Origin: Verrucomicrobiota bacterium
GTDB lineage: Bacteria > Verrucomicrobiota > Verrucomicrobiia > Limisphaerales > SXQI01
Reading direction: 5' to 3'
DNA length: 10,510 bases
NCBI GenBank assembly: GCA_033762115.1
Contig: JANRLX010000096.1
Location: forward strand, 1-10,510
Shown here piece after piece: positions 1-7,576 of this stretch. The notes below the pieces were generated by a model that was not told where the DNA came from, made no database searches, and saw nothing but the letters and a program-made list of their open reading frames with translations. Position 1 is the stretch's first letter. Each line of letters starts with the position of its first letter. The translations under genes were made by a program, and so were the position numbers.

Positions 1-1
1 G

Positions 2-1759
2 GGCGATGTGGGCCAGCATGGTCGCGAGGAAATCAATCTCGTTGTCAAAGGAGGCAATTACGGATGGGGATATTTTGAAGGTGCCTTGAACGGCCCGAAA
101 AAGAACCCACCTTCCGGGGTTCTGTTCAGGCAGCCGATTCAACAGTACGGCACCGGATACGCCACGAACCAGGGGTTTGCCGTCATCGGTGGAGCTGTTT
201 ATCGAGGGGACTCGTTCCCGGAACTGCGCGAAGCCTACATTTACGCTGATTATGTTACCGGGAATATCTGGGCCACATTTCCAACCCGCACCGGCTTCAC
301 TCCCGCTCGCTGGTTGACTGCGAATGCAGGAATCGCAGGTTTTGGGATCGATCCCGCTTCCGGCGAATTGCTCATGGCCGATCATGAGGAAGGTCTGATC
401 TTAAAACTCGTTTCAGGCGGAGTGAACCCTGGAAATCTCTTGCCTGCAAAGCTTAGTGAAACTGGAATTTTCGCCAATCTCTCGCAACTCACTCCAAATT
501 CCGGGATCATTCCATTTGAGGTAAATCTCCCGTTCTGGTCGGATCATGCCATTAAATCCCGTTGGTTTTCGGTGCCACACATACATGATAAACTTGGCTT
601 CAGCGAAACCAACCATTGGAATTTTCCTGCCGGGACCGTTTGGGTCAAACATTTCGACCTTGAGATGCGCAGAGGTGATCCCTCTTCAAAAAAGCGTCTC
701 GAGACTCGTGTGATCGTCAGAAATCAGCAGGGAATTTATGGCGTTACCTATAAATGGAACCAGGAACAAACGGATGCTTTTCTCGTAGCGGAAGAAGGGG
801 CTGACGAAACTTACTCTATACAGGAAGGATCGACTTCCAGGAGTCAAACATGGCGTTATCCAAGCCGCAACGAATGCCTGACCTGCCATACTGCCCAGGC
901 TGGGTATGCCCTCGGTTTCAACGCACATCAGTTGAATCGGAATATCACAGTCAACTCCACAACTCTGAACCAATTGCAGTTGCTCAGCCAGATGGGCTAC
1001 ATGGATAAGCCCATCCCAAATACTCATCTATTGCCCCGCCTCGCCCGTCCGGATGATCAAAACGTCAGCATTCATTATCGCGTCAAAAGCTACCTCGCTG
1101 CCAACTGCGCTTATTGTCATCAACGCGATGAATCCAATCGTGGATTCTGGGATGCCAGGCTTTCCACAAAACTCAGCGATTCGGCAATTATCAATGGAGC
1201 CCTTCGTGACTCACTCGGTAACCAGGATAACCGGGTGATCAAACCGAACTCCCTTGACCATTCGATTTTGTTCCAGCGAATTTCCAAATTCGGCCCTGCT
1301 CCGCACATGCCTCCGTTGGGCACCAGTGTGATCGATGAAACGGCGGTGGAACTCCTCCGTCAATGGATCACCCAGGGTCTGGCAGGTTACAAATCTTACG
1401 ATGAGTGGAAAAACAGCGTCTTTTCCTCATCGGCAAATCGTGCCGAAAATGCAGATCCCGATTTGGACGGTGCTTCAAACAAAATGGAATACCTCTTGAA
1501 GACTGATCCCGAAAATCCATCCAGTGTCTGGAAATTCAACATCTCGAGGGACGGTGCCCAAGCCCGAATCAGCATGCTGGAAATGGCGCATCTTGCTTAT
1601 GACATTCAGACCACGACTGACCTTCTCAATCCTGATTGGAAAAGCCTGAATGTTCCAGGGAACGAACCATTTTTCCCGGCAACGAATCGAAACAGAGTTT
1701 TCGATTATCCCCTCGGAGAAAGCAACCAGTTCTTCCGCGTTCGCATTCTCGAGCCGTGA
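2..1759 (+). CDS. 5'-truncated fusion protein: glucose/sorbosone dehydrogenase-like (PQQ-dependent sugar dehydrogenase family) beta-propeller C-terminal part + diheme c-type cytochrome region + C-terminal extracellular tail
   Basis: The frame is open from the window edge (nt 2: GGC GAT GTG = G-D-V), so GTG at 8 is an internal Val in the family motif GDVGQ..REEINLVVKGGNYGW. It is followed by AVIGGAVYRG..FPEL...YIYADYVTGNIW and FGIDPASGELL, typical GSDH propeller blades. Next come LPAKLSETGIF, PFWSDHAIKSRW, FPAGTVWVKHF and RLETRV, then CLTCH (875-889), CAYCH (1106-1120) and MPPLG. Stop TGA at 1757-1759. Confidence 0.88.
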   Translation, partial: GDVGQHGREEINLVVKGGNYGWGYFEGALNGPKKNPPSGVLFRQPIQQYGTGYATNQGFAVIGGAVYRGDSFPELREAYIYADYVTGNIWATFPTRTGFTPARWLTANAGIAGFGIDPASGELLMADHEEGLILKLVSGGVNPGNLLPAKLSETGIFANLSQLTPNSGIIPFEVNLPFWSDHAIKSRWFSVPHIHDKLGFSETNHWNFPAGTVWVKHFDLEMRRGDPSSKKRLETRVIVRNQQGIYGVTYKWNQEQTDAFLVAEEGADETYSIQEGSTSRSQTWRYPSRNECLTCHTAQAGYALGFNAHQLNRNITVNSTTLNQLQLLSQMGYMDKPIPNTHLLPRLARPDDQNVSIHYRVKSYLAANCAYCHQRDESNRGFWDARLSTKLSDSAIINGALRDSLGNQDNRVIKPNSLDHSILFQRISKFGPAPHMPPLGTSVIDETAVELLRQWITQGLAGYKSYDEWKNSVFSSSANRAENADPDLDGASNKMEYLLKTDPENPSSVWKFNISRDGAQARISMLEMAHLAYDIQTTTDLLNPDWKSLNVPGNEPFFPATNRNRVFDYPLGESNQFFRVRILEP

Positions 1760-1761
1760 CC

Positions 1762-3741
1762 TCAGGACTTCCGCCTTACCGTCTCGTTCCTTGCTGAAAG
1801 CCAACGCTCCACGGAACGGCTTAGCTCCTCCCGTTCCCCATGCGGCAACCCTGCAGGATCGAATCGATGCCGGTAATGCAGTTCCAGAATTCGTCCCAGT
1901 TCCTGATCCTCATTCCCCACCTGATTTTGCACTTTTCGCAGCCATTGTGACAAGGTTTCATCCTGTTGCCTAAGAAATCCTTTGCCTGCAAGATGCTTTT
2001 CAATCCGATAAAATTCTGAATCCAGGCCAGGCAGCAGTAATGATTTCTGGTCCGACATTTTGGTTCGCTGCCGACGCCCAAAAATTCGCCACAGCAGCAG
2101 CAGCGCCAGCGGTAATACCAGCCAGGGCGCGATCTGGCTGATGATTCCTTTTTTCCCCAGCCAACGCCATTTGGAGAAACCGAACCAGACATTTTCCCAC
2201 CAATCCTTAATTGGTTGAAATGCCGATTGATTGGCAGACTCCATTTCATTCCAATCACCAGGCGTGGTATCAACCTCTCGCCATCTTCCTTCAATAAAAG
2301 CCAGCGCCCAGGCATGAGCGTGGCGCTCCCTCACCAAATACAATTCTCCCGCGTCTTTCCGTTCCTGAACGGCATACCCGGTGGCATATCGTGCCGGAAT
2401 GCCTGCAGTCCGAAGCAAAAGCACTGTCGCGCTTGCAAAATATTCACAATGCCCCGCTCTGCTTCTGAGTAGAAACTGATTCAACGGAGAGCGCCCCTCC
2501 TCAGGCAAATCAGATTGTTCAAGTGAGTATTTAAAACCATTCGCAAAATACCGCTCCACCTTCTCCAATATCTGGGTTTCACCCAATCCTTTGAAATCCA
2601 GATTATTTGCAACGGTTTGAAACAATCCTTTCTCCTCCTCTGGAACCGAAAAATCTGTCGCGGGATCAGGTGGCAGGTCATTCCCGGCGTTTGCATCGAA
2701 ATCTGCAAGGTAACTGACAACTCCCGGAGCCTCTCGTGTTCGAAACGCCCCAAATCCGTTCGTTTCCAATGCCGTCACAGGAAGCTCGCGGATCTCTCCC
2801 GATCCCAGAGGCACTGATAAAATTCCCCGCTTACGTTCCTGCCATGTTGATACCCGCACCGTTCCCTTTGCCGGAACAGCCGGATCAAGTTTCCATGTGC
2901 TGCCATCTGTCTCCAGGGTCACTTCAGCAAATTCGCGCTGGCGGCTTAACCAGATACCTTCTCGATAAATATTGTAACTGGCCTGCCGCAGCCGCGGAGG
3001 CACCGCTCCCTTCTCCGCTTGAACACGCATTAAAATCCGATTGGATTGCTTCTGCTTCCCGATATGTCCAAGCGTCGTTCGAGTCTCATTGGGATCAAAA
3101 TCCTTCTTCGCAAACTTTGTGAAAAAATCTCCTATTCTTGCCTCCAGAAGATTTTGCATCTGGTTGATCCTGACATGTCCATAAAACCCCACCAGGCAGG
3201 CTGCCATAAAAGCTCCTGCCCAGGCAGGCGCTGGAAACCTGATACCCCTCAGGTTCCAGCCAGCCGCGCCACATAAAATGCACACACCCAGATAAAACCA
3301 GGGATCTCGCCCATTTGATGCCCCTGCACTAATCAGCACCACCAGGAAATAGAGGTAACTGATATTGAATCGTCTCCCCCCCCTCTTGTCAGCCTGTCGT
3401 TTCCGTGCAAACCATGAAAATGTCGCGAGAGCCAACTTCTCCTGCGAACCATACAATTGTCCCAACATAATGGGCAAAAGCAGTAACGGCATCCATTGGA
3501 ACAGCAGATACCCCCCTTTGGTCACCTCTTCCGAAAAACGCAAGTAAATCGCCACTCCGCCGAACAACAATGTGCATAAGTCCCACAATCGATAATACTC
3601 CGTGTCCGAGAAATTCCAGCGCCAACGCACAAGGTAACTCGCCTCCAGCAAAACTGCGGCAATCACCCCCAGGAAAGGTTGTCCCACCCGCCATCCCCAG
3701 AAGAGCAATGCGGCTCCTATCAACATTGGAGGTGTTTTCAT
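1762..3741 (-). CDS. Membrane-anchored transglutaminase-like domain protein (TgpA-like architecture, probable C-terminal DUF4129-like domain)
   Basis: 659 aa. The N-terminal ~190 aa contain several hydrophobic TM-like segments. Catalytic-triad motifs GHCEYFAS (C432), HAHAW (H476) and EVDTTP (D491), plus GIPARYATGY. A further TM segment (WLVLPLALLLLWRIF) precedes a tail with R...ETLSQW and HYRHRF. ATG overlaps the DUF58 stop (ATGA, 3738-3741). Confidence 0.9.
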   Translation of the reverse strand: MKTPPMLIGAALLFWGWRVGQPFLGVIAAVLLEASYLVRWRWNFSDTEYYRLWDLCTLLFGGVAIYLRFSEEVTKGGYLLFQWMPLLLLPIMLGQLYGSQEKLALATFSWFARKRQADKRGGRRFNISYLYFLVVLISAGASNGRDPWFYLGVCILCGAAGWNLRGIRFPAPAWAGAFMAACLVGFYGHVRINQMQNLLEARIGDFFTKFAKKDFDPNETRTTLGHIGKQKQSNRILMRVQAEKGAVPPRLRQASYNIYREGIWLSRQREFAEVTLETDGSTWKLDPAVPAKGTVRVSTWQERKRGILSVPLGSGEIRELPVTALETNGFGAFRTREAPGVVSYLADFDANAGNDLPPDPATDFSVPEEEKGLFQTVANNLDFKGLGETQILEKVERYFANGFKYSLEQSDLPEEGRSPLNQFLLRSRAGHCEYFASATVLLLRTAGIPARYATGYAVQERKDAGELYLVRERHAHAWALAFIEGRWREVDTTPGDWNEMESANQSAFQPIKDWWENVWFGFSKWRWLGKKGIISQIAPWLVLPLALLLLWRIFGRRQRTKMSDQKSLLLPGLDSEFYRIEKHLAGKGFLRQQDETLSQWLRKVQNQVGNEDQELGRILELHYRHRFDPAGLPHGEREELSRSVERWLSARNETVRRKS

Positions 3742-5078
3742 AGCTTCGCCAAACTTTCCTCAATTTTGCCCGGTTGCAAGAAGCGGATTTGACAACTTCC
3801 CCGGTCCACCGGCTGCGGTTCATTCGTCTCATTTGAAACAACAAGCACAAGGAGAGGTAACTGATAAACCCGCAACTGCTGCACCAGCTCTTTTCGCCGT
3901 TCATCCCAACCCAGCAGAATACAGATGCATCCACTGACTTGCTGAAGATGTCGCATCACCAGATCGCGTAATTGTTCAAACGGCCCACTGGTGCATGGCT
4001 GTACCGCTGCCAGGACCTCAAGCACATGCTCGATATTTCCAGTTCCCCGTCCCGAGGTCAGGCAATACGCCTCGGGCCCGATGAATAACAAATCCAGCAG
4101 CGACTCCTGCGAACGAATCGTGTAGGCCAGGGATGCAGCCAGTGAGATCGCCTCTTCAAAGCTCTCATCCATTCCCGCTTCCAGAAAAGTGTCCAGCACC
4201 AGCGCATGCCGGACGAAATATTCATCCTGGAACTCTTTCACAATCAGCTTTCCTGTTCTCGCCACACTGTTCCAATGCACATGCCGCAGCGGATCTCCCC
4301 GGCGATACTCTCGCAATGCCACAAACTCTTCCGAATCGCCAACAGAACTCGCTAATGCAACACCTCCCGGTTGATGCTCCTTTTTCCCCGGCAAGGTCAG
4401 GTTGGGAAGCAGGTAACGCTTCGGCAGGATCAATGCCTTCCCTGGAAGCGAAATGCTCGTGAACCCGCGGAATAAACCCAGCGGGTCAGGCCAGGCAACG
4501 CTGATCCCCTGAAATTTCAACAGCCCTCGTCGGCTGGGAACAATTTCAGCCGTTAACTCCACTCGTTCCCCCGGCCCGGTTGCCGGGGCGATAACCTCAC
4601 TCGATTGAGCGATCTTGTTCCGCTCCAGCAACCATGACCAACGATAAAATCGAATCATTCGGTCCCATGCATTGCGCTTCTGTTCTTCAGGTTCCGGGTT
4701 GTTCAAAAACTGCTCAAAGGTCGGCCTTGGATCGCCCAGGTCTTCGAACAACGTAAATCCACGCGCAATTTTGGTTCCCATGTTCTGCACTCTGACTTGA
4801 TACTTCAACGCCTGCCCCACGGTTCCGTAGCGCGGCACTGAACGCTCAATGACAATTTTTTGCCCTTTCGAGAATCTTAGGAAAAAGGAAATAACCAGCA
4901 TTGCCGCCAACAGCGTGAAAACCTGGTAAGCCACTGCCTCGTTGGTATCGATCCCGATTGCAGCACACGCAACAGCCGCCACAGCCACCCACACTCCTGC
5001 TGGCGTAAAGACCCGCTTCACTCGATGTCGGAAACCCGAGGAGATGCGATAATTTTTATAAAGCCAGCGTTGGAACAT
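3738..5078 (-). CDS. DUF58 domain-containing protein (MoxR-associated, vWA-related) with N-terminal membrane anchor
   Basis: 446 aa with family motifs RRG.....DPLGLF, EFVALREYRRGDPLRHVHWNSVARTGKLIVKEF, LVLDT and FEEAISLAASLA. Two hydrophobic segments lie near the N-terminus. Starts 1 nt after the moxR stop. Confidence 0.92.
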   Translation of the reverse strand: MFQRWLYKNYRISSGFRHRVKRVFTPAGVWVAVAAVACAAIGIDTNEAVAYQVFTLLAAMLVISFFLRFSKGQKIVIERSVPRYGTVGQALKYQVRVQNMGTKIARGFTLFEDLGDPRPTFEQFLNNPEPEEQKRNAWDRMIRFYRWSWLLERNKIAQSSEVIAPATGPGERVELTAEIVPSRRGLLKFQGISVAWPDPLGLFRGFTSISLPGKALILPKRYLLPNLTLPGKKEHQPGGVALASSVGDSEEFVALREYRRGDPLRHVHWNSVARTGKLIVKEFQDEYFVRHALVLDTFLEAGMDESFEEAISLAASLAYTIRSQESLLDLLFIGPEAYCLTSGRGTGNIEHVLEVLAAVQPCTSGPFEQLRDLVMRHLQQVSGCICILLGWDERRKELVQQLRVYQLPLLVLVVSNETNEPQPVDRGSCQIRFLQPGKIEESLAKL

Positions 5079-5079
5079 G

Positions 5080-6033
5080 CTACACCGGGGCGGCCGTCTT
5101 CTTGATGATTTCCTCCACCACCTGAGTACCGCCTAGCCCGGAAAATTTCGCCTGCGGATCCAGCCCGAGACGGTGCACGATTACTGATACTGCCAATTCC
5201 TGCACAAGATCGGGAGTCACATAATCCTTCTCGTCAAAAAACGCCAATGCCTGGGCAACTTTCATCAAGGTCAGTGATGCACGGGGACTTGCCCCTAATT
5301 GAACCCCTCCGAATTTCCTCGTTCTGCCCACAATTTCCACAATGTACCGCTTGATCTCCTCGCTGATCCGCACTTCCTTCACCGCTTCTTTCCACGCCAG
5401 AATTTCCCGCAACGTCACGCACGGTTCCATGTTTTCCAGCGGATGCTTCTCAAGCTGGGATGATAGAATGCTGATTTCCTGTTCCGGGGTCACATAACCA
5501 AGGCTGAATTGCAAAGCAAACCGATCCATCTGTGCTTCAGGCAAAGGGTAAGTCCCCCTGAACTCAACCGGATTCTGCGTCGCCAGCACAAAGAAAAGAT
5601 CCGGCAAAACGCGCCGCTCACCTTCAACCGAAACCTGGTTCTCCGCCATCGCTTCCAATAAAGCTGATTGGGTTCTCGGGGAGGCGCGGTTGATTTCATC
5701 CGCCAGCAGGATATTTGTAAAAATCGGTCCTTCATGAAAACGGAACTGCTGCTCGCGCTGGTCAAATATCGAGACCCCCAGGATATCGCTTGGCAAAACA
5801 TCCGGCGTGAACTGCACCCGTTTGAATTGCGCGTGAATTGAAAGGGCCAGCGCTTTGGCCAGGGTCGTCTTGCCGGTTCCAGGGTAATCCTCCAGCAGAA
5901 CATGTCCTCCTGCCGCAAAAGCGGCCAGCAGTTTTCTTAACGCCGGTCCCTGCCCATGAATCACATGGGAGATGTTGGCGCTTAATTTCGGGTAAATTGA
6001 TCTGAGGTCTCCCTTCTGCGTTGTGATCATCAT
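5080..6033 (-). CDS. moxR: MoxR family AAA+ ATPase
   Basis: 317 aa with GHVLLEDYPGTGKT (Walker A), RVQFTPDVLPSDILG, LLADEINRASPRTQSALLEAM (Walker B), FFVLATQNPVE..GTYPLPEAQMDRF and GASPR. An in-frame TAG immediately upstream (6034-6036) limits the start to 6033 or later (6033 or 6030 most likely). Confidence 0.96.
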   Translation of the reverse strand: MMITTQKGDLRSIYPKLSANISHVIHGQGPALRKLLAAFAAGGHVLLEDYPGTGKTTLAKALALSIHAQFKRVQFTPDVLPSDILGVSIFDQREQQFRFHEGPIFTNILLADEINRASPRTQSALLEAMAENQVSVEGERRVLPDLFFVLATQNPVEFRGTYPLPEAQMDRFALQFSLGYVTPEQEISILSSQLEKHPLENMEPCVTLREILAWKEAVKEVRISEEIKRYIVEIVGRTRKFGGVQLGASPRASLTLMKVAQALAFFDEKDYVTPDLVQELAVSVIVHRLGLDPQAKFSGLGGTQVVEEIIKKTAAPV

Positions 6034-6158
6034 CTAATTGGATGCCGCTGCCCTGAAAAAGTTTCGTCCAATCTGGAGTTGTTCGGGTGAAATCGGATTC
6101 ATTTTTCATGGTTTACGGCTTGCCGAAAATGCACTAGATACCCACAGACCAATTCACT
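6034..6158. promoter_or_regulatory. Divergent intergenic region expected to hold promoters for the moxR operon (-) and the methyltransferase (+)
   Basis: 125-bp non-coding gap between head-to-head genes. On +, TGGTTTACGGCTTGCC (6109-6124) has GG-N10-GC spacing and TTTACG-N17-TAGATA (6112-6140) is a weak sigma70-like match. Exact elements are unverified. Confidence 0.5.
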
Positions 6159-6803
6159 ATGACTGTGGAGTATATCGAGCGGGTTTATAATAGTTATTCG
6201 GGGATTTACGACCTGTTATTCGGCAAAGTCTTCCAAAGTGGTCGCGAACTCGGCCCGGAACTGCTCCAGCTTGAGCCCGGCTCCAGGCTGCTCGAAGTCG
6301 GTGTTGGCACCGGTCTTTCCCTCCCCTTGCTCCCCCGCAATATCGACTATGTTGGGATTGATCTCTCCAAAAAAATGCTCGATCAGGCACGCAAAAGGGC
6401 GAATTCGCTCGGGTTACGCAAGGCCCGATTAATCAAGATGGACGCCACCAGGCTGGATTTTCCTGACCAAAGCTTTGACCGGGTATTTGCGGCTTACTTT
6501 ATCTCCACCGTTCCGGATCCGGTGGCAGTGGTCCAGGAGATGAAACGCGTCTGTCGCCCTGGCGGCTATATTGTTTTCCTCAACCATTTCCAAAGCGAGC
6601 ATCCGGTCATGGGAATGATCGACAAACTCTACTCCCCGATTTTTTACCGGGTCGGCTTCAAGACAGATTTGAACCTTCAGCAATTGATGAAAGCTACCGG
6701 ATTGGAAACAGAAATTGTCGAGCCCATCGGTATGCTGGGGCATTGGAAAGCAGTTCGCTGCATCAATCCCGCTCCGATCAGCGTCCCTGTTGCCGCTGGT
6801 TGA
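6159..6803 (+). CDS. pmtA: Class I SAM-dependent methyltransferase, probable Rhodobacter-type phosphatidylethanolamine/phospholipid N-methyltransferase
   Basis: 214 aa. N-terminal Y..YSGIYDLLFGKVFQSGR, SAM motif I LLEVGVGTGLSLP, GIDLSKKML, MDA, ISTVPDP...EMKRVCRPGG.IVFLNHF. This motif set matches Rhodobacter-type PmtA as I recall it. The methyltransferase fold is certain but the substrate is less so. Confidence 0.75.
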   Translation: MTVEYIERVYNSYSGIYDLLFGKVFQSGRELGPELLQLEPGSRLLEVGVGTGLSLPLLPRNIDYVGIDLSKKMLDQARKRANSLGLRKARLIKMDATRLDFPDQSFDRVFAAYFISTVPDPVAVVQEMKRVCRPGGYIVFLNHFQSEHPVMGMIDKLYSPIFYRVGFKTDLNLQQLMKATGLETEIVEPIGMLGHWKAVRCINPAPISVPVAAG

Positions 6804-7545
6804 ACGCCACCGCATCCTCGTAACGGACTCCTGTTCCCCCAAAAAGGTCAAGGGCTGAGCCGATGGTTAAATCGACTTTTCCTCCGCTCAATTCGGTCAC
6901 CAGCTCAAGATCCTGCATCGATTTGGCCCCACCCGCGTAGGTGGTGGGGATGCGGCTCCATTTACCTAACGATTCCACCAATTCCTGATCAATCCCTCGG
7001 CATAATCCTTCCACATCAACCGCATGGATCAGGTACTCGGCACAAAAGGCAGCCAGTATCTCGAGTATTTCACTGGAAAGCTTTTCGGTCGTAAATTTCT
7101 GCCACCGGTCTGTCACAATGAAATAATCTCCACCCCGTTTTCGGCAGCTCAGGTCCAGCACCAGCCGTTCTTTGCCAACCCTTTGAACCAGTTCCTTCAA
7201 ACGATTCCAGTGCAATGCTCCGTCCTTGAAAACCCATGAGGTTACAATCACATGAGAGGCGCCTTGCTCAAGCCACCGCCCGGCATTTTCAAGGTTAATT
7301 CCCCCGCCAACTTGGAGACCTCCCGGATAGGCATTCAACGCCTCGCGGGCCGCTTCCTCATTCCCAGGGCCAAGCATGATCACATGCCCCCCCTTTAATC
7401 CATCCTGCTGATACCGCCTTGCAAACCACCCACTTGAATGTTCTGAAACGAAATGGGTCCGAAGCTGCTCCCCGCTGTCCGAAAGGGTGCCGCCGACGAT
7501 CTGTTTAACTCGCCCTTCATGAAGATCAATGCAAGGCCGGAACAT
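6778..7545 (-). CDS. hisA: Phosphoribosylformimino-5-aminoimidazole carboxamide ribotide isomerase, eukaryotic (His6-like) type
   Basis: 255 aa with FRPCIDLHEGRVKQIVGGTL, GGHVIMLGPGN, LQVGGGIN, GASHVIVTSWVF, LVLDLSCR, TDRWQKFT, HAVDVEGLCRGID, TYAGG and DLTIGSALDLFGG. These are signatures of the yeast His6/plant-type HisA family. Confidence 0.95.
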   Translation of the reverse strand: MFRPCIDLHEGRVKQIVGGTLSDSGEQLRTHFVSEHSSGWFARRYQQDGLKGGHVIMLGPGNEEAAREALNAYPGGLQVGGGINLENAGRWLEQGASHVIVTSWVFKDGALHWNRLKELVQRVGKERLVLDLSCRKRGGDYFIVTDRWQKFTTEKLSSEILEILAAFCAEYLIHAVDVEGLCRGIDQELVESLGKWSRIPTTYAGGAKSMQDLELVTELSGGKVDLTIGSALDLFGGTGVRYEDAVAFNQRQQGR

Positions 7546-7576
7546 GCGCCACCAAGTTAAGTGAAATCAGTTTTGT

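Noticed and set aside
8..10. GTG as the start of the first protein
   Set aside because: The frame is open to the window edge and the GTG is the Val of the conserved GDVG motif, so the gene starts upstream.
1475..4462. Alternative-frame and antisense ORFs of 60-181 aa (e.g. 1821-2315, 2736-3122, 3389-3934, 4133-4462)
   Set aside because: They overlap well-supported genes, lack domain motifs and are of a size expected by chance.
5762..6109. 115-aa ORF starting upstream of moxR in another frame (possible frameshifted N-terminus or leader)
   Set aside because: MoxR is already full length with a normal N-terminus. The ORF has no recognisable motif and no slippery site is evident.
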